A stretch of DNA of 63,928 bases, filler included, from Octopus bimaculoides (GCF_001194135.2; 8 parts of 6 records of this genome joined end to end with filler, not necessarily neighbours in it), one strand, 5' to 3'. Numbered from the whole stretch's first letter, positions 26,721 to 41,025 are shown. Numbers and translations: made by a program. Notes: generated from the letters alone by a model not told the origin.

Positions 26721-29451
26721 AATAATATACTTATTTTCTATCATCTTCTTTCTATTATTTTATTTCTTAATAATTTAAAAAATATATTATGTATATATGT
26801 TTTGGATTATTCATACGCTTTACCTAGTCTCTTAAAAGCTGTTGGCCAATTAAATTTTAACCCTATTTTAGGTATTAGCCATTTCTTTTTATTTATCCTG
26901 CTGTTTTATACCATTAATTATATCTTCCTCAACTATTTTTTAAATAAGTTCATCTCACTATTTTCCTTGTGAGAAATTGTCATCGCATTTTGTTTAATTT
27001 ATATTATTTTATATACTCCGATTTATTATTGTAATTCTGTTTTTGTCTTATTCTTTCTTCTTCTCCCATTCTATTTTAACTTACGCTTTATTTATATTTT
27101 TATTGATATTAATCTCTATATTTTACAAACAAAATACCTGCAAATTTTTCTCTCTTTCCTTGAAACTTTCACTTTCAATTCTCCCTCCATCATTAATGCC
27201 AGTAGGTTATTAGCGATAATCCACCTAACCCTCCTCACTCTTTTTCTCTCTTTCATATCGTACATTATCTTCAATTTCGCCACCACTATCTATAATGTTC
27301 TTTTTAAAATCTTACAAAATCTCCCCTCTGTAGTAATGTTTTTATTAAATAATCTCTTCCATGCATTAAATATTGGAAGATGATTTTTTTTTGCGTCTTA
27401 CTGGAGTTGAAAGATTGACGTAACCATGATATTCTGTTGATCAAATGAACAATCCGTCTATATCTGCATTCGTTTGTAAAATGTGCAATAGTACTATGCT
27501 ATTCATAGCATACGCACTAGTGGAGACGCGTAAAATAATTTATTATACACTAATTTTGCATGATGCTAGTTGCGAAACGGCCGACATCCTATGGATATCA
27601 ACTGGTGAAATAAATATATTCATCTCATACATCCTGATTTACTATGTGGTCTGTAGCCCTGTCCACTGAAGGAACGTTTTTGTGATTACCACTGGATTAT
27701 ATAAGTCCATATATTGTATATTATATATATATNNNNNNNNNNNNNNNNNNNNNNNNNNNNNNNNNNNNNNNNNNNNNNNNNNNNNNNNNNNNNNNNNNNN
27801 NNNNNNNNNNNNNNNNNNNNNNNNNNNNNNNNNNNNNNNNNNNNNNNNNNNNNNNNNNNNNNNNNNNNNNNNNNNNNNNNNNNNNNNNNNNNNNNNNNNN
27901 NNNNNNNNNNNNNNNNNNNNNNNNNNNNNNNNNNNNNNNNNNNNNNNNNNNNNNNNNNNNNNNNNNNNNNNNNNNNNNNNNNNNNNNNNNNNNNNNNNNN
28001 NNNNNNNNNNNNNNNNNNNNNNNATATATATATATATATATATTCGGTGATTCAACATTTCAAACTTCCATTTGATAAGTGCATTAGTTAATTGTATGAG
28101 TCTGTGTTGTATGATGTAAAAAAAAATATCTATTATGAGAATTTCTTTTTTTTAATCGTTGAATAGTAGATGAATCTTTATAGAATCTCCTCTATAAATC
28201 CACAGGTATCCTAATAAAATCTGTACACCATAATCTAAAGCTCTACACGCAAATTTATGAAAGTTTAGGAAATGCATAAGAATACAAGACATTAAGGAAA
28301 AACTTGAATGTAAGATAATCACGTGAAACATTTTGACATTTTTTACTGAACTTTGCCTGAGTAAAAATGACTTATGGTTCTGTATATTTGACGCCAATAT
28401 TTATTTCGTTTTCATAATCTCTCTCTTACGCTCGCATTCTTTTTTTATCCTTTTACACACATTCTCTCTCACAAATGTATCTATACTTTCAAGTATTTAT
28501 GTTTCTGTCTATTTACAGATAGTTTGGCAGTTCTGCTTAATAGCAAATATATCTAGATATAATGTTGTGTTCGATTAATCTTCTTTAATTTTAAAGTAAT
28601 ATAAAACTTACGTATTTTCGAATCAATGTTTACATATATGAATACAGTTTTAAATATGTTTGTGTATGTATAGTTTCGTGTGATTTTGCTTGCTTTTACA
28701 TTTTTGTTATGTTTATATTTGCTTTCCAAACATATATTTGTACCATCCTCGTTATACTATTATATGTGAGATTTCATAAAGAGAAATAACTTTAGCTAGG
28801 AATTAGACATCATTGACAGTCTAGTGAGATTTAAATGCACACAAAAGTAAATTTGGACAACATTACGTTTTATGGGTGACTAGAACTGGAGCCACTGGAA
28901 CAAATAATCAAATTTTCTTTTATTGATATTGATTTTATTTTAATCTTCCAAACCACAAATATTTACACATAAACACGCTGGTTGTAACTCCAAGTTCAAA
29001 GGAATATTGAATTTTTAGTCCTGTATCATAAAAAAAAAAGTTTAACAGAAAGAAATCATTTAAGTAGATTCACAAATATTTTAAATCAGTAAATTAAATT
29101 TTATTTTGGCGATATATACAATGGTTCATAGTTTCTATTTAGTCCTGGAGATCTGCATTATTTAGGATTGTTCACATATTTCCGCGTAGTTCTACATTTA
29201 TCTTAGTATGTTTCAGAATGTTATCCATTTACGCAATTTTATCGACGTAAAAGTATTCGACTTCACTTCTAGATTTATCTGCAATATCTTATATACTGCG
29301 CAAGTAATACTAAAATATAAAAACATTTTTTAAAATTTAGTATCCATAAACTTTCCTAGATATAGGAAGCGCAAATATAATTTGATATGTCGGAATTTGA
29401 CGTTCTTCCATTGCTGTCAGATGCTTGTAAACAAATAAATGTAAACCTTAC

Positions 29452-29489
29452 CTCCAACGAATATGATAATGGTAAGAAATTTAGTATAC
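29452..29489 (-). CDS. Tentative 38-nt exon (YTKFLTIIIFVG or ILNFLPLSYSLE)
   Basis: atttattcttctaag acceptor, gtaagg donor; two frames are open, so the frame is ambiguous. Confidence 0.25.
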
Positions 29490-29711
29490 CTTAGAAGAAT
29501 AAATATATTTTTTTTAAGACAGCATATTTTGCGTACTTCGTATCTGAAATATCTATGTATCAAGAGAAGTAAATTAATTCACATCCATACGCACAACATA
29601 TAACGTTTCTAAAGTTTTCTTCAAATGACATGTAATTTCAGATTTTCCATCTCATTTCATTGCTGTAGACAGAAATACTCACTTATGCATATACAGGTAC
29701 ACACAAGTTAT

Positions 29712-29749
<38 letters not shown>

Positions 29750-30059
29750 GTATANNNNNNNNNNNNNNNNNNNNNNNNNNNNNNNNNNNNNNNNNNNNNN
29801 NNNNNNNNNNNNNNNNNNNNNNNNNNNNATATATATATATATATATATATACATCCACACACATAAACACATATATGTGTGTGTTTATGTGTCTATGTAT
29901 TTGTGTGCGTGTGTGTGTGTATGAGCGTCTGTGCAGGGGGGTGGCTATCGGTTTATGACGATGAGGATGTGGTTGTTCGATTAAGCGAATTAACCCATCA
30001 TTGAAATAAAGTATAAATGCTTGAAAATGTCATATATACATGTATCGTTCATGTACTCC

Positions 30060-30350
30060 ACGTACAAAGGATGCTTCTCAGGTGGGTTCCTTATCAATTT
30101 CATTCATACCAATTCACCTGCATCACTGGAAATCAAAAAAAGCACGAGAGCACCTGTTAGCAATCTGCCATTTCAACATATTCACACATTCAACCTTCCA
30201 ACTGACAATCCTCGACGTTCTGCTTGTGGCTATCACAAACAACAACACCTCACGTTCTGCCGCTGCTACCCACTGTGTTTTAATATTAAAAGACCAGTCA
30301 GTTTCACGTAACTGCTTCCAACTACACTGATTTCTGACCTCCTGCATTAC
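30060..30350 (+). mobile_element. Decayed Penelope-like GIY-YIG fragment
   Basis: SLSISF..HLHHWKSKK...AICHFN..HSTFQLTILDV resembles the PLE endonuclease C-terminus. Confidence 0.4.
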
Positions 30351-30834
30351 ACCCCAACCTAGTACATCATGACTAGAAACACATCTCGCAAGCTACGTAC
30401 ATCTATTCGCCCATATAAACTGAACATCCCCCACACACGCACACTCTGGTGTAGTTACTAATTGCGGAACTACTAACTTCAGAAACGCACCCGCTAACAG
30501 ACACGATGAGACAAACAGCACGCCAGCTGATGCCATCAAACAGAACTCTAGACATTGCATGCGCGTCAATTTTCATACAGTGTCACATACCGCATATGCT
30601 TATTGCGTTTACTTACCCCATGTAATAATCTTAAAATTATTACATCAAATATATACTCAAGAATAACACTTACAATGCATGTATATGTTCTGTGTGTTCT
30701 TGCAAATGCGTGCAGTGAGTTGAATGCATGTATATGTGTATATATATATAGCTATACCTGTATACATGTATATACATGTGTGTATTTGTATGTGTGTAGG
30801 GGGTACTTATGCTGCTGTATGAACGCAATTAGCA

Positions 30835-31145
30835 TTTGAAAAGACGAGCCTCCGTCATTAGATTAGAGGTCTTGTATTTCAGATCTTAATGTAGAGACGT
30901 TAAAAAATGGGATGTTTGAATGTGGAGAGCTACTTGTATAAAAGGGGCAAGTTGGAAAGTCGGTGGGTGGCATTTAAGACAGAGGAGGGTATGAGGAGAT
31001 GCCCTGTCTTAATACCCCCTCCATAACCACACCGACCGTCCAAATTCCCCTTCACATTTAATCATTCCATCTTAGTTAGATCTGAAGTTAGATCTGAAAC
31101 GTAAGCTCCTCTCTATAATGATGATGGAGGCTCATCTTATTCAAA
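30835..31145. mobile_element. Diverged fold-back (palindromic) element
   Basis: Nested inverted matches: tttgaaaagacgagcctccgtcatta / taatgatgatggaggctcatcttattcaaa, gtcggtgggtgg / ccacaccgac, ttaagacag / ctgtcttaa. Confidence 0.7.
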
Positions 31146-31634
31146 GATAAGTGAATCCCTACGGCTGCAAATTATCCTCAACTACCTCTACCAAAATTAT
31201 TATGGACAGCTGTTGAGCTTATAACACCTTTCTTCCACCTCTTTAATTTTCTATGTCCTCTGTACTCTGTGTAAGTTGGATCTATCGAGATAAATATCAA
31301 TATATTTATACTTAAAAATTCATCAACTGTAAATCTTCATATTTTGCTTTCTCTCGTTTTGCATGTATACATATATACATATTTCATAATTCATACGCAA
31401 ACTATTATATTTAATACATTTAATGTGCCCAATTTGTTTATCCGCATAATTGCATAATTGTCTCTATTCCCACTCAACCTGATTCGTCTTATAGACATTC
31501 TGTACCTTGTGAATTTGATTCCATATGAAAACATCAATGCTGGAATCTTCTGAGTACTACGGAGTGTCTTTCGGTCTCATCTGTGGACTAAATATATGTA
31601 TACACACACACACGTATACGTAAGTATCCGTATG

Positions 31635-31685
<51 letters not shown>

Positions 31686-31807
31686 GTGTGTGTGTGTGTG
31701 TGTGTGTACATACATACATATGTACATACATGAATATATACATACATATATATACATCCATCCATCCATACATACATACATACATATATACATACATGCA
31801 CACATAC

Positions 31808-32985
31808 ATGATGGCTGACCACCCGTGACCGAGGAAGAGCATTGCTGAACTTCAGGAACATTGTGCGCTCTAGGACTAACTTATATTTTGCATTTGCGAC
31901 TCCGTTGGTAGCTGATGAGCCCTGCTCTTAACAAGCATACACGACTGCAAATATTGCAGACCAAGCTTTCTCCATTCACTATACAAGCCGTGCGCTTTCG
32001 TGCGGCTCGCTTAAGTTCTTCATGCTGGATACGTGCTCTCTCAAAAGTGTCGATCCCCTTCTTAACCTGGTTCCTCCATCTGTGGCGATGACAGGCATTG
32101 TTCTCCCAGTCAGTGTCCTACATATCACAGGCCTTTAATGAGGACTTCACACATTCCTTAAATCGCAGCCTTGGTTTCTGCCGGAGTCTCTTTCCATTCC
32201 CAAGTTATCCATATAGCATCTGCTTAGAAATCCTGCTATCCTTCGTTCTAATAAGGTTTGCAGTCCAACGTAACCGGTGCTTGTGCACCATCATCTCAAT
32301 ACTCAAGATATCAACTGTCCTCAGGACCTGTGTGTCTGGAATTTTTGAGGTTCAGTCAACATTGAGAATGTGTCTGAGACATCGCTGATGAAAGCGTTCA
32401 AGGTCCCTTACCTGACGTTTGTACAGAGTCCATGTCTCACATGAGTAGAGGAGCGATGTCAGTACACATGCATAGTACACAGCAACTTTTGTTTTCTTTG
32501 CGATACCATGTTGGGACCAGACACGAGACTGAAGAGACCGGAAGGAATTAGTTGCTCCCTTCAACCTGAAAGATATTTCCTCATCCATGGAGCAAGAACG
32601 GTTGAGTGTGCTGCCCAGGTAGACAAAATTGTCTACTACCTTCAGAATTGTTCCTTCAACCAAGATAGCTGGTTTCACATATGGATTTCCTGGTGCAAGC
32701 TGGAACATTACAACAGTCTTGTTCAGGCTAATGCTGAGTCCAAATGCCTTGCAAGAAGCAGAAATGCAATTCATGAGTATTTGCATGTCATTCACTGTAT
32801 GAATGACTAAGTCACAGTCGTCTGCATAAAGTAGGTCACAAATAATAGACTGGAGAACCTTTGAATTAACAGCAAATCGACGAAGATTAAAGAGGCGGCC
32901 AGAAGATCGATATCTGACATATATTCCCAGAAAGGTAACCTTAGCAAAAGCTTGAGTAAAAGCAGAAGCACAGTACAAAGCAAAT
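31808..32985 (-). mobile_element. 5'-truncated RTE-clade LINE (RT to 3' end), pseudogenised
   Basis: DLLYADDCDL, FGLSISLNKT, FVYLGSTL, LLYSCETWT, LERFHQRCLRHIL; terminal CNICSRVC finger; (ATGT)n tail. Confidence 0.92.
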
Positions 32986-33111
32986 CCATCCATACATCCA
33001 TGCATCCATACATCCATACAGACATACATCCATACAGACATACATCCATACAGACATACATCCATACAGACATACATGCATGCATGCATGCATGCATACA
33101 TACATACATAC

Positions 33112-33462
33112 ATTGTTGTTGGCACCCCGTCGCTTANNNNNNNNNNTCGTGAAATTAACGTGCAAGTGGCTGAGCACTCCACAGACACGTGTACCCTTAA
33201 CGTAGTTCTCGAGGTGATTCAGCGTGACACAGTGTGACAAGGCTGAGCCTTTGAATTACAGGCACAACAGAAACAGGAAGTAAGAGTGAAAGAATGTTGT
33301 GGTGAAAGAGTACAGCAGGGTTCACCACCATCCCCTGCCGGAGCCTCGTGGAGCTTTAGGTGTTTTCGCTCAATAAACACTCACAACGCCCGGTCTGGGA
33401 ATCGGAACCGCGATCCTATGACCACGAGTCCGCTGCCCAAACCACTGGGCCACTGCACCTCC
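33112..33462 (-). mobile_element. SINE family C (tRNA-derived)
   Basis: Reverse complement of the copies at 45635 and 59615 (aagggccagccttgtcacac...gtgctcagccacttgcacgttaatttcacg). Confidence 0.8.
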
Positions 33463-34604
33463 ACAAATACATACATACATACATACATACATACATACAT
33501 ACATACTTACATACATACAGACAAGATGATAATTGATAAATTCTCTAGCGGTTATATTAAAAAGACCGATTTTTATCACGTGAAAATTTGCACGTCTTCC
33601 GGTTATGTGCCTGAATAAAGAGGTAGAGTAAGCATATGCAATCAATTAACGATCCAGTGTAGAATCTTTTATTTGAAAGTATGTGCATCACAATATATTT
33701 ACATCATACAGCCATGCATTTAGTTACTTATTTTGTTGTATTTTGTTGTATTGTTATATGATGCCATACAAAATACAGCTTTTCATCGTTTTACCCCTCC
33801 CCCCCCCATCACACACACACACACACATATTATCGTATAGTCCCCAACAAAATGTTGATATTCGGAAAGCAATTTCCAGGAGATATGTTGGGTAAATTTT
33901 ACGTGCAACTGTATAGGCAATCAACATTTCAAAATATGAAGGTAAATAATACTATTGACTATATATATCGTGGCAGTCACGATATTTTCAGAAAACCTAC
34001 AAAATACCGAGTGTACAGTATATAAATAGAACGTAAAATAGGTGGACAAAGAAGGAGAAAGAGGCAGATTGATAGAAGGAAGAACTGATATAGAATATAT
34101 ACATATATAAGAAAGTACACAAATTATGAATAAGCAGGTAGTAAAACCTCGGTTGCAAAGAAACAAGAGAACATGCGGTAACAAGAGAGGAAAATGGAAA
34201 GAAGAGGGAACGAAGAAAGGAAAACAAATCAAATGAAAATTATTCGCATTAAGAAGCTAAAATACGGACATGAGAGCGTCAGGTGTAACACACCTAAATG
34301 ATAATGCTATAGAAAGAAAGACTTTCTGAGCATTCCTGTTTTTGACATGCTTGTAGTCCCATTGATCTGCCCACTTAAGCAAACAAATAGGGACACACAG
34401 CTCTCTTTATCTTTCTCCTTCTCCTTCCTCTGTCTCTCTCACTCTGTTTGTTTCTCTGTCTGTTTGTATGTCTGCCTCTCTCTCTCTCTCTTTATTTATA
34501 TTTATATATATATATATATATATAAGCAGAGAGAGAGAGAGGAAGATAGATAGATAGATAGATAAAGAGACAGATAGATGGATAGATGGATAGAAAAAGA
34601 TAGA

Positions 34605-34783
34605 TATGGCCAGATTATTGGGTATCCCGCGGTTTCACGTCCATAAAACGCTTAACTTTATAGCGTATGTTCAGACCCTGAACTTATTGGCCTAATGTGG
34701 ATGGATTTAGGGTTTGAGAAAACGCTGTAAAGGTAAGCGCTTTATGGACGTGAATCCCCGGGTAACCCCATAAACTGGCAATA
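34605..34783. mobile_element. Small MITE / fold-back with about 62-bp inverted arms
   Basis: tatggccagattattgggtatcccgcggtttcacgtccataaaacgc mirrors gcgctttatggacgtgaatccccgggtaaccccataaactggcaata. Confidence 0.8.
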
Positions 34784-35292
34784 TTTATCTTTATCTATAT
34801 ATCCTCGGCTGCTCTATAACTTAGAATATGCCTCTTTTTTTCGGATCCATGAACACATTGCTCACATATATCAAGCTAAATATGTATATATATATATGTT
34901 TCGTCGTCTTATGTCCCAAGACTTCAAGTAACCCAATACTGCTCGTTCCTTTGGGCCAGTGATATATGGAGTATCACTGATATATGGGCCACTGATATAT
35001 GGGCCAGTGATATATGGAGTATCACAAGAACTAAAAGTGAACTAGAACAGCATACGAATGAGACGGAAACTCAGGGACAAAATCTCTAGAATAACAGACG
35101 TAAGCATTTATTATTCACACCCGTAATTCTACATATGCACATACACATGTATAACGCACAGAATTTTATAAATATATACATAGTCTTCATAAATTATATT
35201 TACAACTTCCACAATCGTCAGAAAAGTTCACAGAATGGTCTGCTCACAGAATGACCAAGATACTCACATGGAATCCGACAAAAATAAAAGGT

Positions 35293-35620
35293 TCAATTTC
35301 CAACATAAACCTAACCTTGCGGTCCACGCACTTCTTCCATTGATGTTTCCCTTCTTGGATCCCATTGGTGAACTTTGTTGGTCAAACAACCATCAACAGC
35401 GATTCTGGTTTTCAGCAAAGTGTGTTTTTCATGTCGGGAAACAGTTGATTGACACAAGGTGCCAAATTAGGGGAATATGGAGGGTGATGACCCAGTTCAA
35501 AGCCACAGTCACGGACTGCAAACACTAAACCAAAGATTTGCTTGCTAGAGTATTGTCTTGAAACAATATCACTTTTGAAGCTTCTATCAGTTTTCCTAGG
35601 TGTTTGATCTACCTCCTCCT
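35293..35620 (-). mobile_element. Mariner transposase C-terminal fragment
   Basis: GFELGHHPPYSPNLAP...LFPDMK, matching the mariner YSPDLAP motif. Confidence 0.8.
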
Positions 35621-35858
35621 CTTTAACGAACTTAAGCGTAAAGTGTGACCTAACAGGTAGGAGAATAATACTACACATTTAGTTTAATAAAAGTTTTTTC
35701 TCTCTACCAACACACTACCACAATCACCATCATCATTGTCATCACAATATGTTTCAGTAACAAAGCTCATTTCATTTCATTTCAGTTCAGCCATTTGTTT
35801 ATATTTCCTTTTTCTTGCTGCCAATGTAACTCTATTCTGACAATACAAACACTATCTG

Positions 35859-35914
<56 letters not shown>

Positions 35915-36454
35915 NNNNNNNNNNNNNNNNNNNNNNNNNNNNNNNNNNNNNNNNNNNNNNNNNNNNNNNNNNNNNNNNNNNNNNNNNNNNNNNNNNNNNN
36001 NNNNNNNNNNNNNNNNNNNNNNNNNNNNNNNNNNNNNNNNNNNNNNNNNNNNNNNNNNNNNNNNNNNNNNNNNNNNNNNNNNNNNNNNNNNNNNNNNNNN
36101 NNNNNNNNNNNNNNNNNNNNNNNNNNNNNNNNNNNNNNNNNNNNNNNNNNNNNNNNNNNNNNNNNNNNNNNNNNNNNNNNNNNNNNNNNNNNNNNNNNNN
36201 NNNNNNNNNNNNNNNNNNNNNNNNNNNNNNNNNNNNNNNNNNNNNNNNNNNNNNNNNNNNNNNNNNNNNNNNNNNNNNNNNNNNNNNNNNNNNNNNNNNN
36301 NNNNNNNNNNNNNNNNNNNNNNNNNNNNNNNNNNNNNNNNNNNNNNNNNNNNNNNNNNNNNNNNNNNNNNNNNNNNNNNNNNNGAGGGGGAGGAGGAGAA
36401 GAAGAAGAAGAAGAAGAAGAAGAAGAAGAAGAAGAAGAATGATAAACATACAAA

Positions 36455-36620
36455 TAATAATAACAACAACATCGAAAACTACCTTAGGAATGAGAACCCC
36501 GGTTCGAAATTTCCCCAAGACACCTGATGAAAGCTGGAGGGCATATCAGCCGAAGCGTTGTGTTAAGAACAAGCAAGGTCAGTAGAAATATCCGGGAATT
36601 GTAAATAATGTAAATAAAGA
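36455..36620 (+). mobile_element. Second copy of the hammerhead-containing element (head absent or in gap)
   Basis: catcgaaaactaccttaggaatgagaacccc...acacCTGATGAaagctggagggcatatcagccGAAGcgttgtgt. Confidence 0.7.
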
Positions 36621-37077
36621 CACGATACACGGAATATTCGCAACTGTGTCTTCTTCGCCAGTCAATGACGCAAAATATCTTAGTGGTTTCACGCCATTAC
36701 CATTGAGACCTCCCAGTTTTGCAGGAACTACTGGGAAAAGGCTAGCGATTGTATACAAAGACAGAAACAAACAATTCATTACATAAATACAACAGACATA
36801 GAATTATACATATATAACAGTACATAACAGTATATAGCCTTACAGCTATATACAATAGTAGAGAAATAATAATAATCATACATATATCACAAATACAACA
36901 GAGAGAGCTTTGTAGCTATCGAGCTTTGTGGGGTTGCATAAAGATGAAATGGAGTAAATCCTAGAGAAGGAAGCAGGAGCCCAGACCAGCAAAGCGCAGT
37001 TCGGTCAAAGTCAAAAGCAGGGCAAAAAAGAACAGGACTGCCTTCGCCAGACACCGGTCATGTGGCATCGAAGAGGT

Positions 37078-37420
37078 AGCGTTGAGACAGGGAAAGAGGG
37101 GGTGGCAGAGAGGGAACGAAGGACCAGAAGGATTAGAGAAACAGAGAGAGAAGTGAAAGATACAAGGAAAGCAAGCAAAGGTGGAGAATAAGTTAAAGTA
37201 AGGGTAGAGGTGGAAAGAGATAGAGTAAGAGGGAAAGATGGAGAGACAATGAGAGAGAAAACGAAAAATAAGCGTTGAGACAGAGAAAGACTGGGTGGCA
37301 GAGAGAGAACGAAGGAGCAGAAAGATTAGAGAAACAGAGGGAGAAGAGAAGGGTACAAAAGAGGCAAACAAGGGTAGAAAGAGAGAGTAAAGTTGGAAAG
37401 AGATAGAGTAAGAGTAGAGG
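37078..37420. repeat. Diverged purine-rich tandem duplication (about 193-bp period)
   Basis: agcgttgagacag..ggtggcagagag..gattagagaaacagag occurs twice. Confidence 0.7.
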
Positions 37421-37444
37421 TGGTACGGACGTTCGTATGTACAG

Positions 37445-37633
37445 TATGTATGTATGTATGTAGGTAGGTAGGTAAGTAGCTAGGTAGGTAGGTAGGTAGG
37501 TAGGTAGGTAGGTAGGTAGGTAGGTAGGTAGGTNNNNNNNNNNNNNNNNNNNNNNNNNNNNNNNNNNNNNNNNNNNNTTAATTAATTAANNNNNNNNNNN
37601 NNNNNNNNNNNNNNNNNNNNNNNNNNNNNNNNN

Positions 37634-37669
<36 letters not shown>

Positions 37670-37716
37670 GGATGAGGATGATGATGATGATGAGGATGAT
37701 GATGATGATGATGATG

Positions 37717-37776
<60 letters not shown>

Positions 37777-37780
37777 TTTA
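37445..37780. repeat. (TAGG)n, (GAT)n and (AAT)n microsatellites around a linker gap
   Basis: Directly visible pure runs. Confidence 0.95.
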
Positions 37781-38247
37781 GATTAGCCTTGAAACCCAAG
37801 CGATTTGAAGGAGGAGATATCGAGGTTTTGCCAGCCATGATATTCCCTATGGTGTCAGTACAATATGCTGAAAGATCTCGAAAAGGGAATGAAAACGATC
37901 TCCCATTCCATGTGGTGGGAACTTGTCAGTGGCTGCATTACCACAATGATAATAGAGGCATGTCTGTTTGAGTGACGAGATTTAGTTCGTTCTTCTCTTA
38001 GTGTGGGTGATGTGTGCCGGAAGTTAGATAATGCTGGAATGATGACTTTTGGGAAGGTTGCGTGCATTTCTGTGTTTGTGTATGTGTGTGTCTCTGTGTG
38101 AGTGTGTGTGTAAGACAGAGACAGAGAGAGAGAGAGATAGAGAGAGAGAGACAGACAGGCACACAGACAGAAAAAGCATGTGTTATGAGAAAGTATGTTC
38201 ATGCTTAAAACATGTAGAAGCATTACTGTATGCATGTGTTATTTCTT

Positions 38248-38472
38248 TACTATCCACAAGAGGCTACACACAGAGGGGACAAACAAGGACAGAGAAACAC
38301 GGATTAAGTCGATTATACCGACCCCAGTGCGTAACTGGTACTTATTTGATCGACCTCGAAAGGATGAAAGGCAAAGTCGACCTCGGTGGAATTTGAACTC
38401 AGAACGTAGCGGCAGACGAAATACCGTTAAGCATTTCGCCCGGCGTGCTAACGTTTCTGCCAGTTCGCCGCC
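38248..38472 (-). mobile_element. SINE family A, near full length
   Basis: Reverse complement of 48755-48985. Confidence 0.85.
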
Positions 38473-38506
38473 TTATTGTACGCATGTGTATGCATGTGTA
38501 TGTATA

Positions 38507-38606
<100 letters not shown>

Positions 38607-38696
38607 TATGTGTGCATATAGATACGCGCGCATACAATATATATTAAATACAAAAAAAGTGTATTGTATTTTTATGCACACACGCACATATATACA

Positions 38697-39100
38697 GGCG
38701 CAGGCGTGACTATGTCGTAAAAAGCTTGAGTCCCAGCCATATGGTTTTGGGTTCTGTCCCACTGCGTTGCACCTTGGGCAAGTGTCTAAGTGTCTTTTAC
38801 TAAAGCCTCGGGTCGAACAATACTTTGTGAGTGGGTTTGGTAGATGAAAAGTGAAAGAAGCCCGTCGTATGTGTGTGTATGTATGTGCGTGTGTATTTGC
38901 GTATCTTTGTGTCGCCACCCTCACCATCACCTGACAACCGATGTTGGTGTCATAATCGTCCCCGTGACTAGCGGTTTGGCAAAAGATACCGATAGAATGG
39001 GCTTACAAAGCATAAATGCTGGGGTCGATTTCTTCGTCTAAAACTAATTAAGGTGGTGCTCCAGCACGGCCGCAGTCAAATGGCTGAAACAAGTAAAAGA
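38697..39100 (+). mobile_element. SINE family B (CORE-like), near full length
   Basis: ggcgcaggcgtgact...caccttgggcaagtgtc...gcagtcaaatggctgaaacaagtaaaaga. Confidence 0.85.
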
Positions 39101-40979
39101 AAGAATAAATAAAATAGGGAGAGAGACAGATTAACAGACAGCGGAAGGAAAGAAAGAAGGAAGAGAAAAGGAAGGAGAGACAGAAAGAAGAAAGAAATGC
39201 ACATTTTCATGTATGCACAGATACATGCACGTTGCATATGTATACACAAACACACGCATGCATAAAGGAACATACACACGCATGCGTGAACGCACATACA
39301 CGCATGCGTGAACGCACATACACATCGATATGAACTAATCTCATATGTACATGTATCCATATATCAGGTGTAATTAAACTGCACAAAATCACATTATTTC
39401 AATTTTCTGGTCAATAAATAGATTATCGCCAGTTGTAAAGAAAATCTGGATGTTGTCATTATACCCCAGTTATGTGTACGCAACGAACCAACTTGCCGTT
39501 AAAAAAATATATATTGCAAGGGACGCTACCCTGTTCAAGATGTACAATGGGAATTATGTCCCTTTAAAACGTTATTTTGATGAAAATATTCTTTTCTACT
39601 CCTAGACACGAGGTCCGAAATTTTGTGGGAGGGGGCCAGTCGATTAGATCAACCCCTGTACGCAACTGCTACTTAATTTATCGGCCCGAGGTTATAGTAG
39701 AAGACACTTGCCCAAGGTGCCACGCAGTGNNNNNNNNNNNNNNNNNNNNNNNNNNNNNNNNNNNNNNNNNNNNNNNNNNNNNNNNNNNNNNNNNNNNNNN
39801 NNNNNNNNNNNNNNNNNNNNNNNNNNNNNNNNNNNNNNNNNNNNNNNNNNNNNNNNNNNNNNNNNNNNNNNNNNNNNNNNNNNNNNNNNNNNNNNNNNNN
39901 NNNNNNNNNNNNNNNNNNNNNNNNNNNNNNNNNNNNNNNNNNNNNNNNNNNNNNNNNNNNNNNNNNNNNNNNNNNNNNNNNNNNNNNNNNNNNNNNNNNN
40001 NNNNNNNNNNNNNNNNNNNNNNNNNNNNNNNNNNNNNNNNNNNNNNNNNNNNNNNNNNNNNNNNNNNNNNNNNNNNNNNNNNNNNNNNNNNNNNNNNNNN
40101 NNNNNNNNNNNNNNNNNNNNNNNNNNNNNNNNNNNNNNNNNNNNNNNNNNNNNNNNNNNNNNNNNNNNNNNNNNNNNNNNNNNNNNNNNNNNNNNNNNNN
40201 NNNNNNNNNNNNNNNNNNNNNNNNNNNNNNNNNNNNNNNNNNNNNNNNNNNNNNNNNNNNNNNNNNNNNNNNNNNNNNNNNNNNNNNNNNNNNNNNNNNN
40301 NNNNNNNNNNNNNNNNNNNNNNNNNNNNNNNNNNNNNNNNNNNNNNNNNNNNNNNNNNNNNNNNNNNNNNNNNNNNNNNNNNNNNNNNNNNNNNNNNNNN
40401 NNNNNNNNNNNNNNNNNNNNNNNNNNNNNNNNNNNNNNNNNNNNNNNNNNNNNNNNNNNNNNNNNTGCTGTCAAATGACTGAAACAAGTAAAAGAGTAAA
40501 AGAGTAAAAGAGTATCTGCTATTTCTAGCTCAGTCAAATGACCACTTTGACGGTAAAGGCCGTAGTGGCATTGAGCCGTCTTCGTTCTTTATTTCAATTA
40601 AAGGAAAAAGGGGGAAAAATACAAGAAAATAAAGATAAAGATTAACTATCCAATGAAAGTTGTAATACGATAACTGAAGTGTAATGGGGATGGAGGAGAG
40701 GGAAGAGGACATATATATAGAGGGAAGCAGGTAGAGGTAGAGAGGAAAGGAGGCTGTGCGAGGTGGTTTGGATATTCTGGTGTCATAGTACAGCTGTTTG
40801 CTATACGTACACTTGACTTCTATTCAACTGTGTCTACTCTGAGTATTTTAATGGCTGGCTTTTTAGTAAGGAAAAGCACGTGTTGGATATTCTGTTACAC
40901 CTTTTTCTCAAGTAGAGACATGGCTGTCAGCCTTCCTGTCTGTCTGTCTGCCTGCCTGCCTGGTTGGTTGCCTGATTGC

Positions 40980-41025
<46 letters not shown>

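Noticed and set aside
27445-27669. GPCR TM3-like peptide
   Set aside because: No DRY motif, spacing from the conserved Cys is off, and an in-frame stop follows.
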